From Gnetum montanum (lineage: Eukaryota > Plantae > Gnetophyta), in the NCBI GenBank assembly GCA_015680685.1, contig MNCI01000141.1:1-64000 (forward strand): DNA of 64,000 nt. The letters run 5' to 3'. The translations under genes and the position numbers were made by a program. Numbering within the stretch: the stretch's first letter is position 1; every line of letters begins with the position of its first letter. This document shows positions 51,330-63,804 of this stretch, in pieces. The notes below the pieces were generated by a model. The model was not told the DNA's origin, did no database searches, and worked only from the letters and a program-made list of their open reading frames with translations.

Positions 51330-52650
51330 GCCAATCCGAAGCAAGGTCTACGAAAACTATGATTCACTATGCCTAGCATCCTTGCATAGCCTCCATCAGA
51401 AGGCATTAGAAGCTTTCGGTAGGGAGAAACTACTTGCATTTTGAGGCTCCAGTAGGCTAAGGATCATTTGGAAGGCATTGAGACATACTGGAAGGGAGCA
51501 ATTGCTTGGAGTTTGAAGTTGCCGAAAGGCAGAAATGTGGATTGCTAGGAGGTGTGCCTAGCATAGGCTTGTAGTCCCACTAGAAAGCATCGAAACCTTC
51601 TAAGAAGAAGCAACTACTTGCATTTTGAGGATTCTAGAAGGTTGAGGATCATTTGAAAGGTGTAAGAACAACTGCAAGGCATTAAGACCTTTCAAGAGGG
51701 AAAAATTTCTTAAAGTTTTCAGCAACAAGAAGGTAGAGGATCATCTAGTAGCAATGTACTAGTAAACTGCAAGAGGGTGCAAGTAGCACCATTTTGCAAT
51801 CAATACCAGAAGGTATGAAAACCTTCTAGAAGTTGATAATTGCTTAAAGTTTGGGGCTACTAGAAGGTAGAAGGCCATCCAGAAGTAGGGTCTATGAAAA
51901 TTGCTAGTCATGGCTCCTAGCAGCCTTGCATAGCCCCTACTAAAAGGCATTGGAAGCTTTCGGTAGGGAGCAACTACTTGCAATTTAAGGCTTTTGGTAG
52001 GCTGAGGGATGTCCAGAAGGCATTGAGACCATTCAAAAGGGAGCAATTGCTTTGAATTTGAAGTTGTTAGAAGGAAAAAATGTGACCTATGAGGAGGTGT
52101 GCCTAGCATAGGCCCACAGTTCCCACCAAAAGGCATCGAAACCTTTCAAAAGGAACCAACTTCGTGCATTTTAAGGCTTCCAGAAGGCTAAGGGTTATCC
52201 GAAAGATGGATGACCAACCGAAAGGCATTGAGACCTTTCAGAAGGGAGAAATTTCTTAAAGTTTCTAGCAATCGAAAGGTAGAGGATCATCCAGAAGTAG
52301 TGTATAAGTAAACTATGAGAGGATGTGAATAGCACAGGCCAAAAGTCCATACCGGAAGGCACAAAAAGCTTTCAGTGGTTGATAATTGCTCAAAACTTGG
52401 GGCTATTGAATGGTAGATGTCCATTTGGAAGCAAGGTCTACAAAAATTATGATTCATTACACCTAGTAGCCTCGCACAACTACCATGGAAGGCATTGGAA
52501 GCTTCTAGAAGGGAGTAACTACTTGTATTTTGAGGCTTCTAGTAGGCTAAGTGTCATCCGGAAGGCATTGAGACATATCAAATGGAGCAATTGCTTAATA
52601 TTTGAAGCTACCAGAAGGTAAAAACATGGACTAAAAGGAGATGCGCCTAG
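51330..52650. repeat. ~545-bp tandem repeat (~2.4 copies) built from shorter related subunits; cut by element E
   Basis: GAAGGCATTGAGAC at ~51471, 52017, 52561. AAGGCATTRGAAGCTT at ~51401, 51944, 52489. Confidence 0.85.
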
Positions 52651-54999
52651 TGAAACACCACCAAATCTAGACTACAGCATCCCAGTTGCAAATTTTGGTA
52701 AAGTGTGGGAACTACTCTCAACCCCTTTGTAGAATGTAGAGAGCGTAGTCTCCTAGAGCATAGTTAGTTGGAGGGAAAAATCTTGAAATTTTACCTAAGT
52801 GATAAGACTACCCTCTCCCCCAAGCAAACCATTCCCGAATGTAGAGAGCATAATCTCCTAGAGTGTAGTCACAGAAGGCTAGTTTTCACAAATTTTGCTA
52901 TGTGTTGAGACTACGCTCGACCCTAGCTAAGAGTGTAGTCAACCTCTTAAGGAGAGCATAGCCAGAAGGAGATTAGCTTCACAAGTTTTGCCAAGTCCTA
53001 GAACTATGCTCACCCAAAACTAGGAGTGCAGTCAACCTCTTGGGGAGAGCATAGTTTGCAATTCCCTCATAGATTCCACTAATATTGGGACAATGCTTAC
53101 CCCCAACCCAGAGCATAATCATCCTTTAGTAGAGTGTAGTCACCTAGGATAGTCTCCAACAACCTCCATAGTGTAGCGACAATGCTAAACTCAACTCTAG
53201 AATGTAGTCAACTCACCTTCAATGAGCATAGTCAACAAATTGCTTCTTTTTTTATATCCCCTTTTGCCCCAAAATTGTAACTATGCTCAACCCCACATGA
53301 GAGCATGGAAAGCATAGTTCTATAGAGCATAGTCTCTGAGTTTTGTTTCTCAAGTACCTCATGGTCTTCTCAGCACACACACATGTGGTTGGTAGCATAG
53401 TCATAGTCTCACAATCTTGCAGAGTTCAGCAAAGCACAACAAAGCTCTATACTATTAGCCCCATCAGTATACCACATGAACAGTAACTACACTGAGCATA
53501 GTTCTAGTTTTCCCATTCACCATGTGGTAGCCATCCCACATTTCCTGCTAATCCTAACCTTATATATACCTATGTCTTTGATGCAATAAGGGTTGGACCT
53601 CATATGTGAATTAAGGGCACATTGGTGAACCAACAAAGAGGTGAAGTTGTAGATCACCGTAGACCCCCGCAACCTAGCAAAACATCGTAGCCAACGGTAC
53701 ACTACAACGGCCAACCTAGCAAATGTAGAGATCTCAATGGAACATCTATCTTCATGGCTGGACAACCCAAGGACTATGACTATGCTATCCACCTATGCCT
53801 GCTACACACTACATACCTACTAAGCCCGTTGTAACTATGCTCAACCCCATTTGGGGTGGTGTTCTGCTTCACTCTCTCTTTCTTTGCATTCTCTACACTT
53901 TATCCACATTTCTTGTTGTTTTATCACATAACCATGCTTTAAACTACGCTCAAGCGATGGTCCCTAGTCATGTTTAAAACTATGCTCAAGCAATGATCCC
54001 TATGCATTGACATTGTCTACCTTGCTGAAAATCTTGACTGTGCTTGCTGCCTGCCCCACCCCTCCCCCACCTCCTCTGGTACCTATAACTATGCTTGATC
54101 CTACTAACATCACAAACATCATAAGTACTATAAACACTACCTACATCCTTAGCACTATTTTACATCAACACTATAGCTGACCATACTACACCCCCATTAC
54201 ATCTGATAAGTCCCTGTTTGATTGATCATATTGTTCAAGGTGCCTCATCTCTACCTCTAGCAAGCCCTCATGTAGTTTTTGGGCTAAGCTGTGTGCTTGT
54301 GGACCTCAATGTTCTAGCCATCGATGTTTTTGATCGTTATAGTTTCTTGCACTAGAAGGAGGGCCGAACCACTTTTTTAGACTCTGTTGTCGTTGTCTAG
54401 TATGCTCTTTGCATTGCAATTGTTGGCTACAGGCCAGCATAGACCATAACACCCCTATGAACTTGCTACACACACAACAATAGCTAGATCTTAGGCCAAT
54501 GTAGGCATTGTCTACTAACTTTTTAGTGTAGATTGGACCCCATAGTCAGTCCCCTTGGGACCCTGCATAGTAACCCAAATCACACTCATTCCCACTACCT
54601 ACTAAAAACCCATCGTTTTCAGCTAGAGTGTAGTTGTCTCTAGCATAGCCAATGTAATATGTTCTCTAGCATGAAGAGTGTAGTTAGTATAGTCTACTCC
54701 CTAGCATGGAGAGTGTAGTCAACATAGTCAGTGATGTTAGCTAGGACAAGACCAGTTTAAGTGTAATCCATAGTGTTTCATGACTAGCAACCCTTGCAGT
54801 CCCCTCTTACAACTCAATCTACATCCATCAATCCAGATGAACCTTCAATGTCAGTCTCAAATGCACTCAACATTTTTCCCATCCAATAGGAGACTAAGAT
54901 TGATGACCTTGGGAGTCTTGTAATGGCAGGACAAAGGCAATTCCTTAGGTTACGCAGTCAAGACCTAGAATACGTTGTGCTAAGCAATGAGTAGTACAA

Positions 55000-57900
55000 C
55001 TTCATATGCATGAAGATTCAAGTAGGGTTATTTGTAGACTGCTCTAACATGGAGGCAAAACAAAACTACAAGTTGATCCATCATGATGAGAGTATATCCC
55101 CTTATGATTTGATATCAACTTACTCATGGAGCCCTACCATTGACAATTAGCCCAACTCATTTGAGTAGGTGAGTGCAACATAGGAGTGAACTATGAGGAA
55201 GCCCTACAAGAGAAAGAGGATGAGTTTGAAGCTTGTTTCAAGCATGAGAGCTCTTTCCACATAGTCTTCCAACGAGTGATCCCTAGTTTGGCTCTTCCTC
55301 AGTCTCGTTCACCCATTCTCCTTGAGATAGTCATAACACTAGCATCACCTTCCCACTTCACTAGGCCTAGGTCAATGCCTGTAATAGCAACACATCAGAC
55401 ACAACACACACATTATGATGCAAAAACTCCCTTTGACTTACCTTTTTTGGCAACATTGCAACCCATTCAGCCATCTCTGCCTGTAGTAATCATATCAACT
55501 CAACTATACATCCATGCAAGGTCTGTCTCTAGGCCCAAAATGACTTAAGCATCCTATGTCATGCTTGTTTCATCGGTATTCTTGGTGTTGGCCCAATCCA
55601 CATGTGCATTGCTTCCCCCAATCACCATCTCTATAACATAGCCAATACATCAAGTGCATTGTGTGGTTCTACAACCTACAACTAGAACATGAACTACACA
55701 GCTAGTCCAATAGCAAATAACATAGTCAGCATATCTAGCTGGAGCATCTCAAAGCTTAAACCAAGCATTTCAAATGATCCAAAGCTTGACAGAAGAGGTG
55801 AAGTGACTTAAAGCCACCTCCTCTGAAACTATTAAAGTGGTGGACTTCTATCATGACTATCCTATAAGTTTTGTAGTCCTGCCTCTAACTCTTCCATTTA
55901 GAGTCTCACTACCTTAATTCACCAAATATAATAGTGAGGGAGACCCTAATGCACATTTGATCATGTTTAGGTTAGAGTGCTTGCTATTGCAAGCATGGCT
56001 ACATGCTATCATGCATGTGTTTACCATGTCAGTGATTGGTAAAGCATTAGATTGGGATCATGCACTACCCAAAAGCTCTATCTCCTCTTTGGAGGACTGC
56101 TTGAGCCAATGCGTAATGCATTTCAAATACAACTTGAAGCTAGAGGTAACCTTAGACCAACTAATGCAAGTCAAGAAAGGCCACTTAGAGCCCATGTAGA
56201 AGTTCATTTAATGTTGGAGTGTCTCACTAAATAAAATACGAGAGTTGATAGCTAAAGAATATCTCCTAGCCATTTTTAAGGGCATAGTCAATGACTTTAT
56301 AAAGTTAAAACTTTATTACTTGGGCTTGCAATCCCTAAGCCAAGCCTTCACTCAGACCAAAAGCATAGAAGATGCGGTAGAAGCAATCAATGATGTGGCC
56401 TATGCAGCCCATAAGAACCAACATGCAAGGAGAGGCAAAGACAAAGGAAAACAGAATGCAAAGGTGGAAACTATAGCCAAAGAAGCCAAAGCAACCAATC
56501 AGAGGTAGATAGCTAGGTAGCCCAAATTCTCGGCCAACAACAAAGCTACCAAATCCAGTGCTAAGGCAATAAACTAGCCTACATCCTCAGTGGCCCTAAT
56601 GCAAGTTGTTCAAAGGCCTAACTTTAAGTGCAAGGATTACTCTAAGTGTACCCTGCTACCACTAAAGCCTTTACAGCTACTAGACCAACTGCTAAAAGTT
56701 GGACACATCCAATACAAACAAATGTCTGAAAATGCTCGCAAAAAACATGATAGATACTACGAGCTACTAAGAAATCCCACTTCGGTAGCACCAAACGAGT
56801 CCCTAGTCCCAAGATATTTTAGGCTAGATTAATTTTTCTATTACCACCAATTGCCCAGCCATAGTACAGTCTTTTCCCTAGCCTTGCAAGATGACCTACA
56901 AAGGATTATCGATAGAGGCAAGTTGGTATTCAACATTGTAAACTTGATTAGGCCTTAGAACTAGTCCATGAGGGTGTACAATGATCCTATAAATGCAAAT
57001 GATGCTAGCTATGTCATAAATACTATCCATGTTGGTGATGATCCAAAACTGGTGCAATAGCCATTTGTGGTCTGGGTGCCCTCTAATAGTTCAAGGGTCC
57101 CCTCAACCCCCATGGGTTTGAGGCTTCCTTTCATTATTAAAGTGCTGCCTCAAGCATCCACAACACCCTTCATAGTTAGGGTCCCCTTGCAAGTTGCATC
57201 AACAATAATCACTCAACCATCCTTTATTATTAGAGTGCTACAACATGTTATCCCCTCACATGTTCGAAGCCCAGTAGTAGTCAATGTAGCAATCCATTCC
57301 TTTCCAAGGGACAACCTTGCTGGCAACATTAGTAGGCCTCCAAGGTGGCAACATAAGAGATCCAATGAGCATCTTGTAGACAAAATGATTAGGCAACATC
57401 AAGAACAAATAGCACTAGGTCTGCCAAAACTAGTTCCCATATCTATGGTTCCTATGGCCAAAACAACTGAAGAGGCCAGAATGAACAAATCATAGGGAGC
57501 ATTGAGGCCCCTAAGTAAGCCAAGAAAACAAAGCCTAAGTTATCTCCATGAGAAAGCTATCTCTTAGGCTACATGAAAGAACTCAAGACCAAAAAAAACA
57601 TGGCTAATGGAAAGGACTTCATGGATGCATTAGCCCAAGTCAAGCAAGCACTTAAGTAGAAAAATACAATATTGAGCTTGTACGACTTGATCATGACCTC
57701 ATCTACCTATTGTGAAGCATTGGTGCAAATGTTCACCTCCATCCCTATTACAGAAGACATCCCTGCAGATGAGATCTCCATCCATGCAGTAATGCTACCC
57801 CTTGGACCACATGAATCAAATTCCACATCCCTAGCATTTCATGATGAAGCAATCAAGGTCAATCCTGAAAGGGGAAAGGTCATAACAAATTCATGTTTAT

Positions 57901-58500
57901 TACTATACACATTAGGCAATGCAAGATTCGCAAAGTGCATGTCAATGACGGAATTGTAACAAATGTAATACCATACACTATCATGGATAATCTAGGCTTC
58001 ACTGATTAAATTAGGCCAACAAAAATCACATGCTTGAAATCCTTCAATGGATCATGCATCATTGTTAGGGGCATTGTTACTATAACTTTTGTAGCAAGGG
58101 AGAAATTCCCCACCACTATCGAGTTCATTGTCATAGAAGAGATGTTGGGATTCAACTTGATATTTGGCAGACCTTGTCTGGCCCAATTACAAGCTATCTC
58201 CTCTCCAATTCATTAAGAGATCCACCTCCCATATGAAGGCAGTGAAGTTATCATCCATGGTGATAATGCTACTCCCTTAGCCATCAACAACATAGACATG
58301 GAGCAAGGGTCGAAGGTTAAGTTTCTTGATGATGCATCCATAGAAAAGGATGAGACTCATGAAGTAGATACAACCAAAAGAGTGGTAGAAAATAGTGACA
58401 TCCCGAAGGATGCCCTTTGGGTACAATCGCCCTTTGACGTAGCAAGCGAAGGTCAAGGGGATTACTAGATAGTGCAATCTAGACCCTACATGCCTCCTAA
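55000..58500 (+). pseudogene. Decayed gag-protease of element E
   Basis: KVVDFYHDYP...FTKYNSEGDPNAHLIMF (homologous to F gag). Protease KVHVNDG..TNVIP and FNLIFGRPCLAQLQAISSPIH. Confidence 0.85.
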
Positions 58501-58849
58501 CCCACACCAAGTTAAGAAGCAACTATGCAACTAAGGTATCTCCTTAGTCCAAAACAAGTTAGGTGCTTACTTGCTATCTACTTTTTTCCATATTGTATTT
58601 TACTTTTTGCTTATGTTGCATTAGTTTTACATTAGATTAGCATTGTAGTATGCTATTTGCATTTATCTTGATTGCTAGGATTACACATCGATTCAATTAG
58701 TATATGCATTTTCTTGTTTTGTTTATGCATTCATCCATTTTACACATTTGCTCACTTAATTTACACTTTCGTAGTTATTACTTTAATGCATGAAAAACAT
58801 AAAAATCACAAAAGTGAACAAATCACAAAAAAGAAAATAGCAATATGTA

Positions 58850-59232
58850 GCCCAGAATGGCCTAAAAATATGGCTTTTAATTCCATCACCATTGGCCTAG
58901 AATGGCCTAAAACTATCAGTTTTAATCCCCTTGTTGTGGCCTAGAATGGCCTTAAGCTACCACCTCAGCCCACCATGGCCTTAAACTAGGCGACCCATAG
59001 CCCACTATGGCCTAAAACTGGCAAGCTAGATTGCCTTTAACCCTATAGCAATGGCCTACTATGGCCTTAACTAGAAACACATGGCTTGAAATGGCCAAGA
59101 AACTAGCATCGACCTTTCCACTATGGCCTTAAACTAGCATGAGGCCCATCAAGGCTTTAAACTGACAACATTCACCATGGCTTATAATGGCCTAGACTCA
59201 CAATGGCTCACAATGGCTCACAATGGCCTAGT
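58850..59232. repeat. Irregular array of ATGGCCT(W)AAACT motifs plus (CACAATGGCT)3
   Basis: More than ten ATGGCYT cores in ~380 bp. Confidence 0.8.
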
Positions 59233-59505
59233 ATCACTATCATTTCATAACTCTAGGCTAGTAGAATAGATCTTTTCTACATTAATTCATGGCTTAGGCA
59301 CGTTAGCATAGGTTACATTATAAGCATAATCATAGCAAAATGTAATAAAATCATCATATAGCCATAAATCTTGGACATTACACTTAGAGAAAATATTATA
59401 ACACAATATAGAATGAATAGCCATACATAGCTATAACGTAGCATGAGTAGCATCACATAGCAAAAACATGGTAAAAAACCCCATGGGAGGTACATCTAAT
59501 CATGC

Positions 59506-62500
59506 TCAATTAGTAGCACTAGGTGAAGGTAGAGGCTCCAATTCCTTTACTAAGTTGTTGGGGGCCTTCAACATCATTTCATGCCTGCCACAATAAAAAA
59601 ATATACATAATTATTAAGCATGAATTACATGTAGAAAGCTAATTCAAAAACACAAAGAGTACAAAAAAGCATAAACTAACATAGTGAAAAACTATCTTGG
59701 GAGGGTCCTGCATCGATGAGTTTTGGAGGTAACTTTCCAAGGCTAGCCTCTAAGTGATAGAGGATCTCAGCTTTGGAAAGTTTTTTCTAGTCCTCCTAGC
59801 CAAAGTTAATACTTGCAAGGGTCTTGCCTTTGTCCATGGTGGTCCATGTGGGTGGATCCATGGAAACTGTAGTAGAAGAGGCCTCTTTGTTGGGGTTGAA
59901 GATTTGCCTCATGGGAGAGTCACTCATGATCATACATTGCACAAACATGTCATATGCTTTCTTTCTACTATTCACCTCAAGAAACATCTTGAGGTGGCGG
60001 TGTTTAGTAGACTCTTTCTTATACCAATGCAAGTATGCATTGTGCTCCTGCTTGTATTGATCATTGTGATCATTTTGCATCTAACCCCACCTATAAAATT
60101 TTGTGTTGTAATTCTTCTAGTCTTAGTTCTTCTAAACAAGCAAGTCTATCTAGAGCTGCTACTCTATCAGCTTCTGCATTGCCTCATTCTTACCTTTGAT
60201 TATGGTCCAATACTAAGCATACTCAATCTTAGAGGTGCACTAGGTACTATCTCTTTGCCATCTAGCTATGATGAAGTCATATCTAGATTGAAGATCCTTG
60301 ATCTTCTTATCTTGGCTAGCCACCTTCTCCTACAATTCATGGATGTGTTTTCACAAGAGCTCATTTGAGTACTTGTAGACCCATAACAACTTGACACATG
60401 AAAATGTGCACTTGTTAGATGTCTCATACATGTGATGAGGCACTTGAACAACCTTAGGAGGAAGGTCAAGTAGGGCATCCATCTTTGCTACCTTGCTTGG
60501 GTCCCATCATAGCTTAGGACCTATAGGTATACAACAACCAAGCAGCCTTAGCTGAAAAATAGGAATTTGAGAACTAAATAGAATAGCACAAAGAATAATA
60601 GCACGACACATGTACCTAGCTCTGGGTCCACTTGTCGTAAGTAGTCCATCATGTCCTTCACAATGCCTTTCATGAAAGCAAATTTATCTAGCATGTCTAC
60701 CCATGGCTTCATGTGGTAGGTTGGCATAGGACTATTGGTCAAAACACTTGATTGTGTAATACAACCATGCAATTAGCATAGGGTCTAACATAGCTCAAAG
60801 TACCAGACTAAATGAGGATAGATAAATGACAATAAAAGTAGATTACCTAGTAAGCCCTTAGGCGTGAGTGTAGGGGGATCACCTAGCTACGTAGCATCAA
60901 ATAGCTTATCAAAGTCACCCCTATTAGGGTGTAGTAACCCCTCTTCTTCCATTTGTTGAAGGATCTTCATTGCCTCATGGAGCTCATCTCCATGAGCTAT
61001 CTCCTCCTTAGCTTGAGGGGGGTCTTCCTCTGCTGCCACTTCAACTGTTGCTCTCGTAGCCCTCTCTTCTTTTTCTACAATGAACACAAACATAGTACCA
61101 TAAGCTAATCAATAAAATAGCATAAAAACATAAATAAAAGATGAATATATATATATATATATATGCAATTAAGGCATCAAGCATCTATGCATACTAACTT
61201 GAAACATCCTCATGCAAATCTTGTAGCTTGATGCAGATCTTCTTATTGCTTGGCTTCATGACCATGGGGATAGCCTTCTCTTGAGGTCATGGCCTCTTAA
61301 TATTAGTCTTAGATGGCTCCACTATCTCTACTATATATTTATCCACCTTATGTACATCCCCAATTCCAATTAGGGGGCCCTCACTTGCAATATCACATGA
61401 ATAGTACAAGTGCCCCACAGGAACCTTGGTCGTTACTGATAACAACTCATCAATTTTCTCTAGGGGGTCCTATGCACATGTGGTTGAAAAAATGTGTTTG
61501 ATCCATGGCCTAGAAAATTTCTCATGATCTTACACCACCCATCATCCATCATCTTACAAGACCATAAGCTTTACAAACCTTCACAGGTATCCTGCGAAGA
61601 ACGCAAAGTGGACATGAGACCTCACTTGGAGGTTGAACGACAACCTAGAAATATTTTCATGCAACCTGATGGCTATGTACTTGGCTCAACTAAACCTTGT
61701 ACCCTTTAGTAGCACCTCTTTCATCACTCATGTTTTCCACCCCTAGGATCTTTCCTTGAGAAAGCAACTTTGGGAAGGCATGAGTGTAGAACAGAGGGTA
61801 GAGCTCTTACACCTTAGGCACCTACACATCTTTGATTGATATGCCTTTGTAAGATTGGGTGTCCCAAAACTAGTCCTTGATCTCCTCTCTATGGTCCACC
61901 TTCCTTCTAGCCTTATCAACAATCATTGGGCTGTCATAAGGGATGCCAAAGAGATTAGCAAATAAGGCCTTGCTGAGGTCCAGCACTACCTTCACACTGT
62001 GCACCCAAGTAATGAATTGCCTGATGTTACTGCTAAAGGAGTCAATGATGGTAATCATTTTGGTCCCCAGGATACTCAGGCTAAAGGCTAAGAATAGGTC
62101 CACTTACCTAGCATGCATGAGTTAAGCCATCAACACATCTAGCACCTTGTGGCATAGCCAGTGTTGTGTACCCTCCACATCCCTATATTTCATGATGAGG
62201 GTGGCCTCTGTGTGACCCATGGTGACCATTGTTACCTTAGCCGAGGCAACTGCTACTACAATAAAAAGAAAAAAAACATTATCATCATGAAAATAAGGCA
62301 AACTAAAGGGCACATACATTAGTAAGCACATGAACAAAAAACGTATGTATGCATGTGACACAAATGGAATGTGAGCCTAGGGTGGTACTACAAATGAGTC
62401 CTCGATGTTGATCTTCCTACAAGCCCACTCCTCATCTAACTAGCTATTGATCATGAATTGCTCATATGCCTTTAGGTAATAGGTGATGTAGGTCTCAAGA

Positions 62501-63804
62501 TCATGCCCTAGCTACTCAATCACAACTACTCGAATGTTTGTGCTAGATGAGAATACCTCTAAGGTAGTTTGGGTTAAGGCTAGAGCATTTGAATCATCAT
62601 GCAGACCATCTTCATCAACTCTAAACCTAGCATCAACCATAGAACCATCAATGATTTAACATAAACAAATAGCATAAAAACACTATAAGAGTCATAGAAG
62701 CACTTATCGTCTGACATAGTAGACGATTCCATGTGGGTTCTGGAATAGAGTATGCAACCATTGCATGACAAAAAAGGTGTTTCTCTTGTTGTAGCAAGAA
62801 AGCCCCATCATGCACCATACTTTGGATAGCTAACAAGCGCTCCTAGGGCCTCTACTTGAGCCTCCTATCCCATCAACATTGCTAGCAAGCTCATCTGATA
62901 TGAACTTTAGAATGTTCTGATTAGCCTTGGGTAGCAGCATCTCAATGATAGCACTAGCAATCTCAATCACCAAATGTGACCACATGATCACATTGAACTA
63001 TTACAATAGGTACTCCAAGAAATTCCAGGCTCCTGGTCAAAACCACATTGCCTATTGATCCACTCGCATGTTTGGCATAGGCATGTTGGGGATTAGTTTA
63101 CTCATGCAACACAGGATGCCCACGAGCTTAACCACTATCAAAATGGGCTTCAGTAGCACCCTGCAATCATCAAGCAATAGGCAAAGCATTAATATACATG
63201 CATAGATGCAAATTTTAATATACATAGAATAAACTAATAACAAAAATTAGCAAATCATGCAATTTTGACAATACACCCTATGCCTCATGGGTGTAGGATG
63301 TCGATTAACTTATTTGATGTGCCTAGCACTCATTGGGGTACAACAAACTTTATAGGCTTAACATTGCACATGATTAATGAGATTTTGGCTAACTTTGGAC
63401 TACCCCCACTATGCTGTAGAGCATGGAGAGTGTAGTCCTAAAATAGAAATTTTGGCAAACACTTGGTAGTGCATAGAGAGTGTAGTCTCAACTATGGTAG
63501 TAGAGAGCATAGTCTCCATGCAGAATCACGTCTAGCAAGTTTTGTCGTAGTCCTATCCTTTTTTTGTCATCGTTGTCCAGGGTGCAATCCACAGCAACCC
63601 CAACATGGGTAGCAAACACTAGGTAGATGCCCAAAATCCTAGAGTGTAGTCTCGCAAGGTTGAAACCCTCGCATGTTGTAGGGGATGATAGCCAACAAGA
63701 AGGTATAAGTGGTGCATGGTAGAGCCCATGAAATGCTCAAATTGCGTCGATGGTGCCAATGGCCCTATGCTTGTGGCCTAGAGCATAGTTCATGGGTTTG
63801 TCCC
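59506..63804 (-). pseudogene. Antisense multi-exon accessory gene of element E: FCP1/SCP-like (NIF) phosphatase-fold domain, plant transposon ORF domain, coiled coil
   Basis: Minus-strand coding-like blocks separated by short T-rich introns with AG acceptors at ~63804, 63161, 62256, 61075, 60785, 60552, 59585 and GT donors at ~61198, 60847, 60615, 59680. Translation of 63159-62716 follows NIF motif order. 5' end may lie beyond the window. Confidence 0.72.

Noticed and set aside
59754-60368. 204-aa hydrophobic plus-strand ORF
   Set aside because: Most likely the shadow of the K/E/Q-rich coiled-coil exon on the minus strand.
62102-62107. Canonical GTAAGT donor on the minus strand
   Set aside because: The frame continues on both sides with no T-rich intron; better read as a CAA to TAA mutation in coding sequence.
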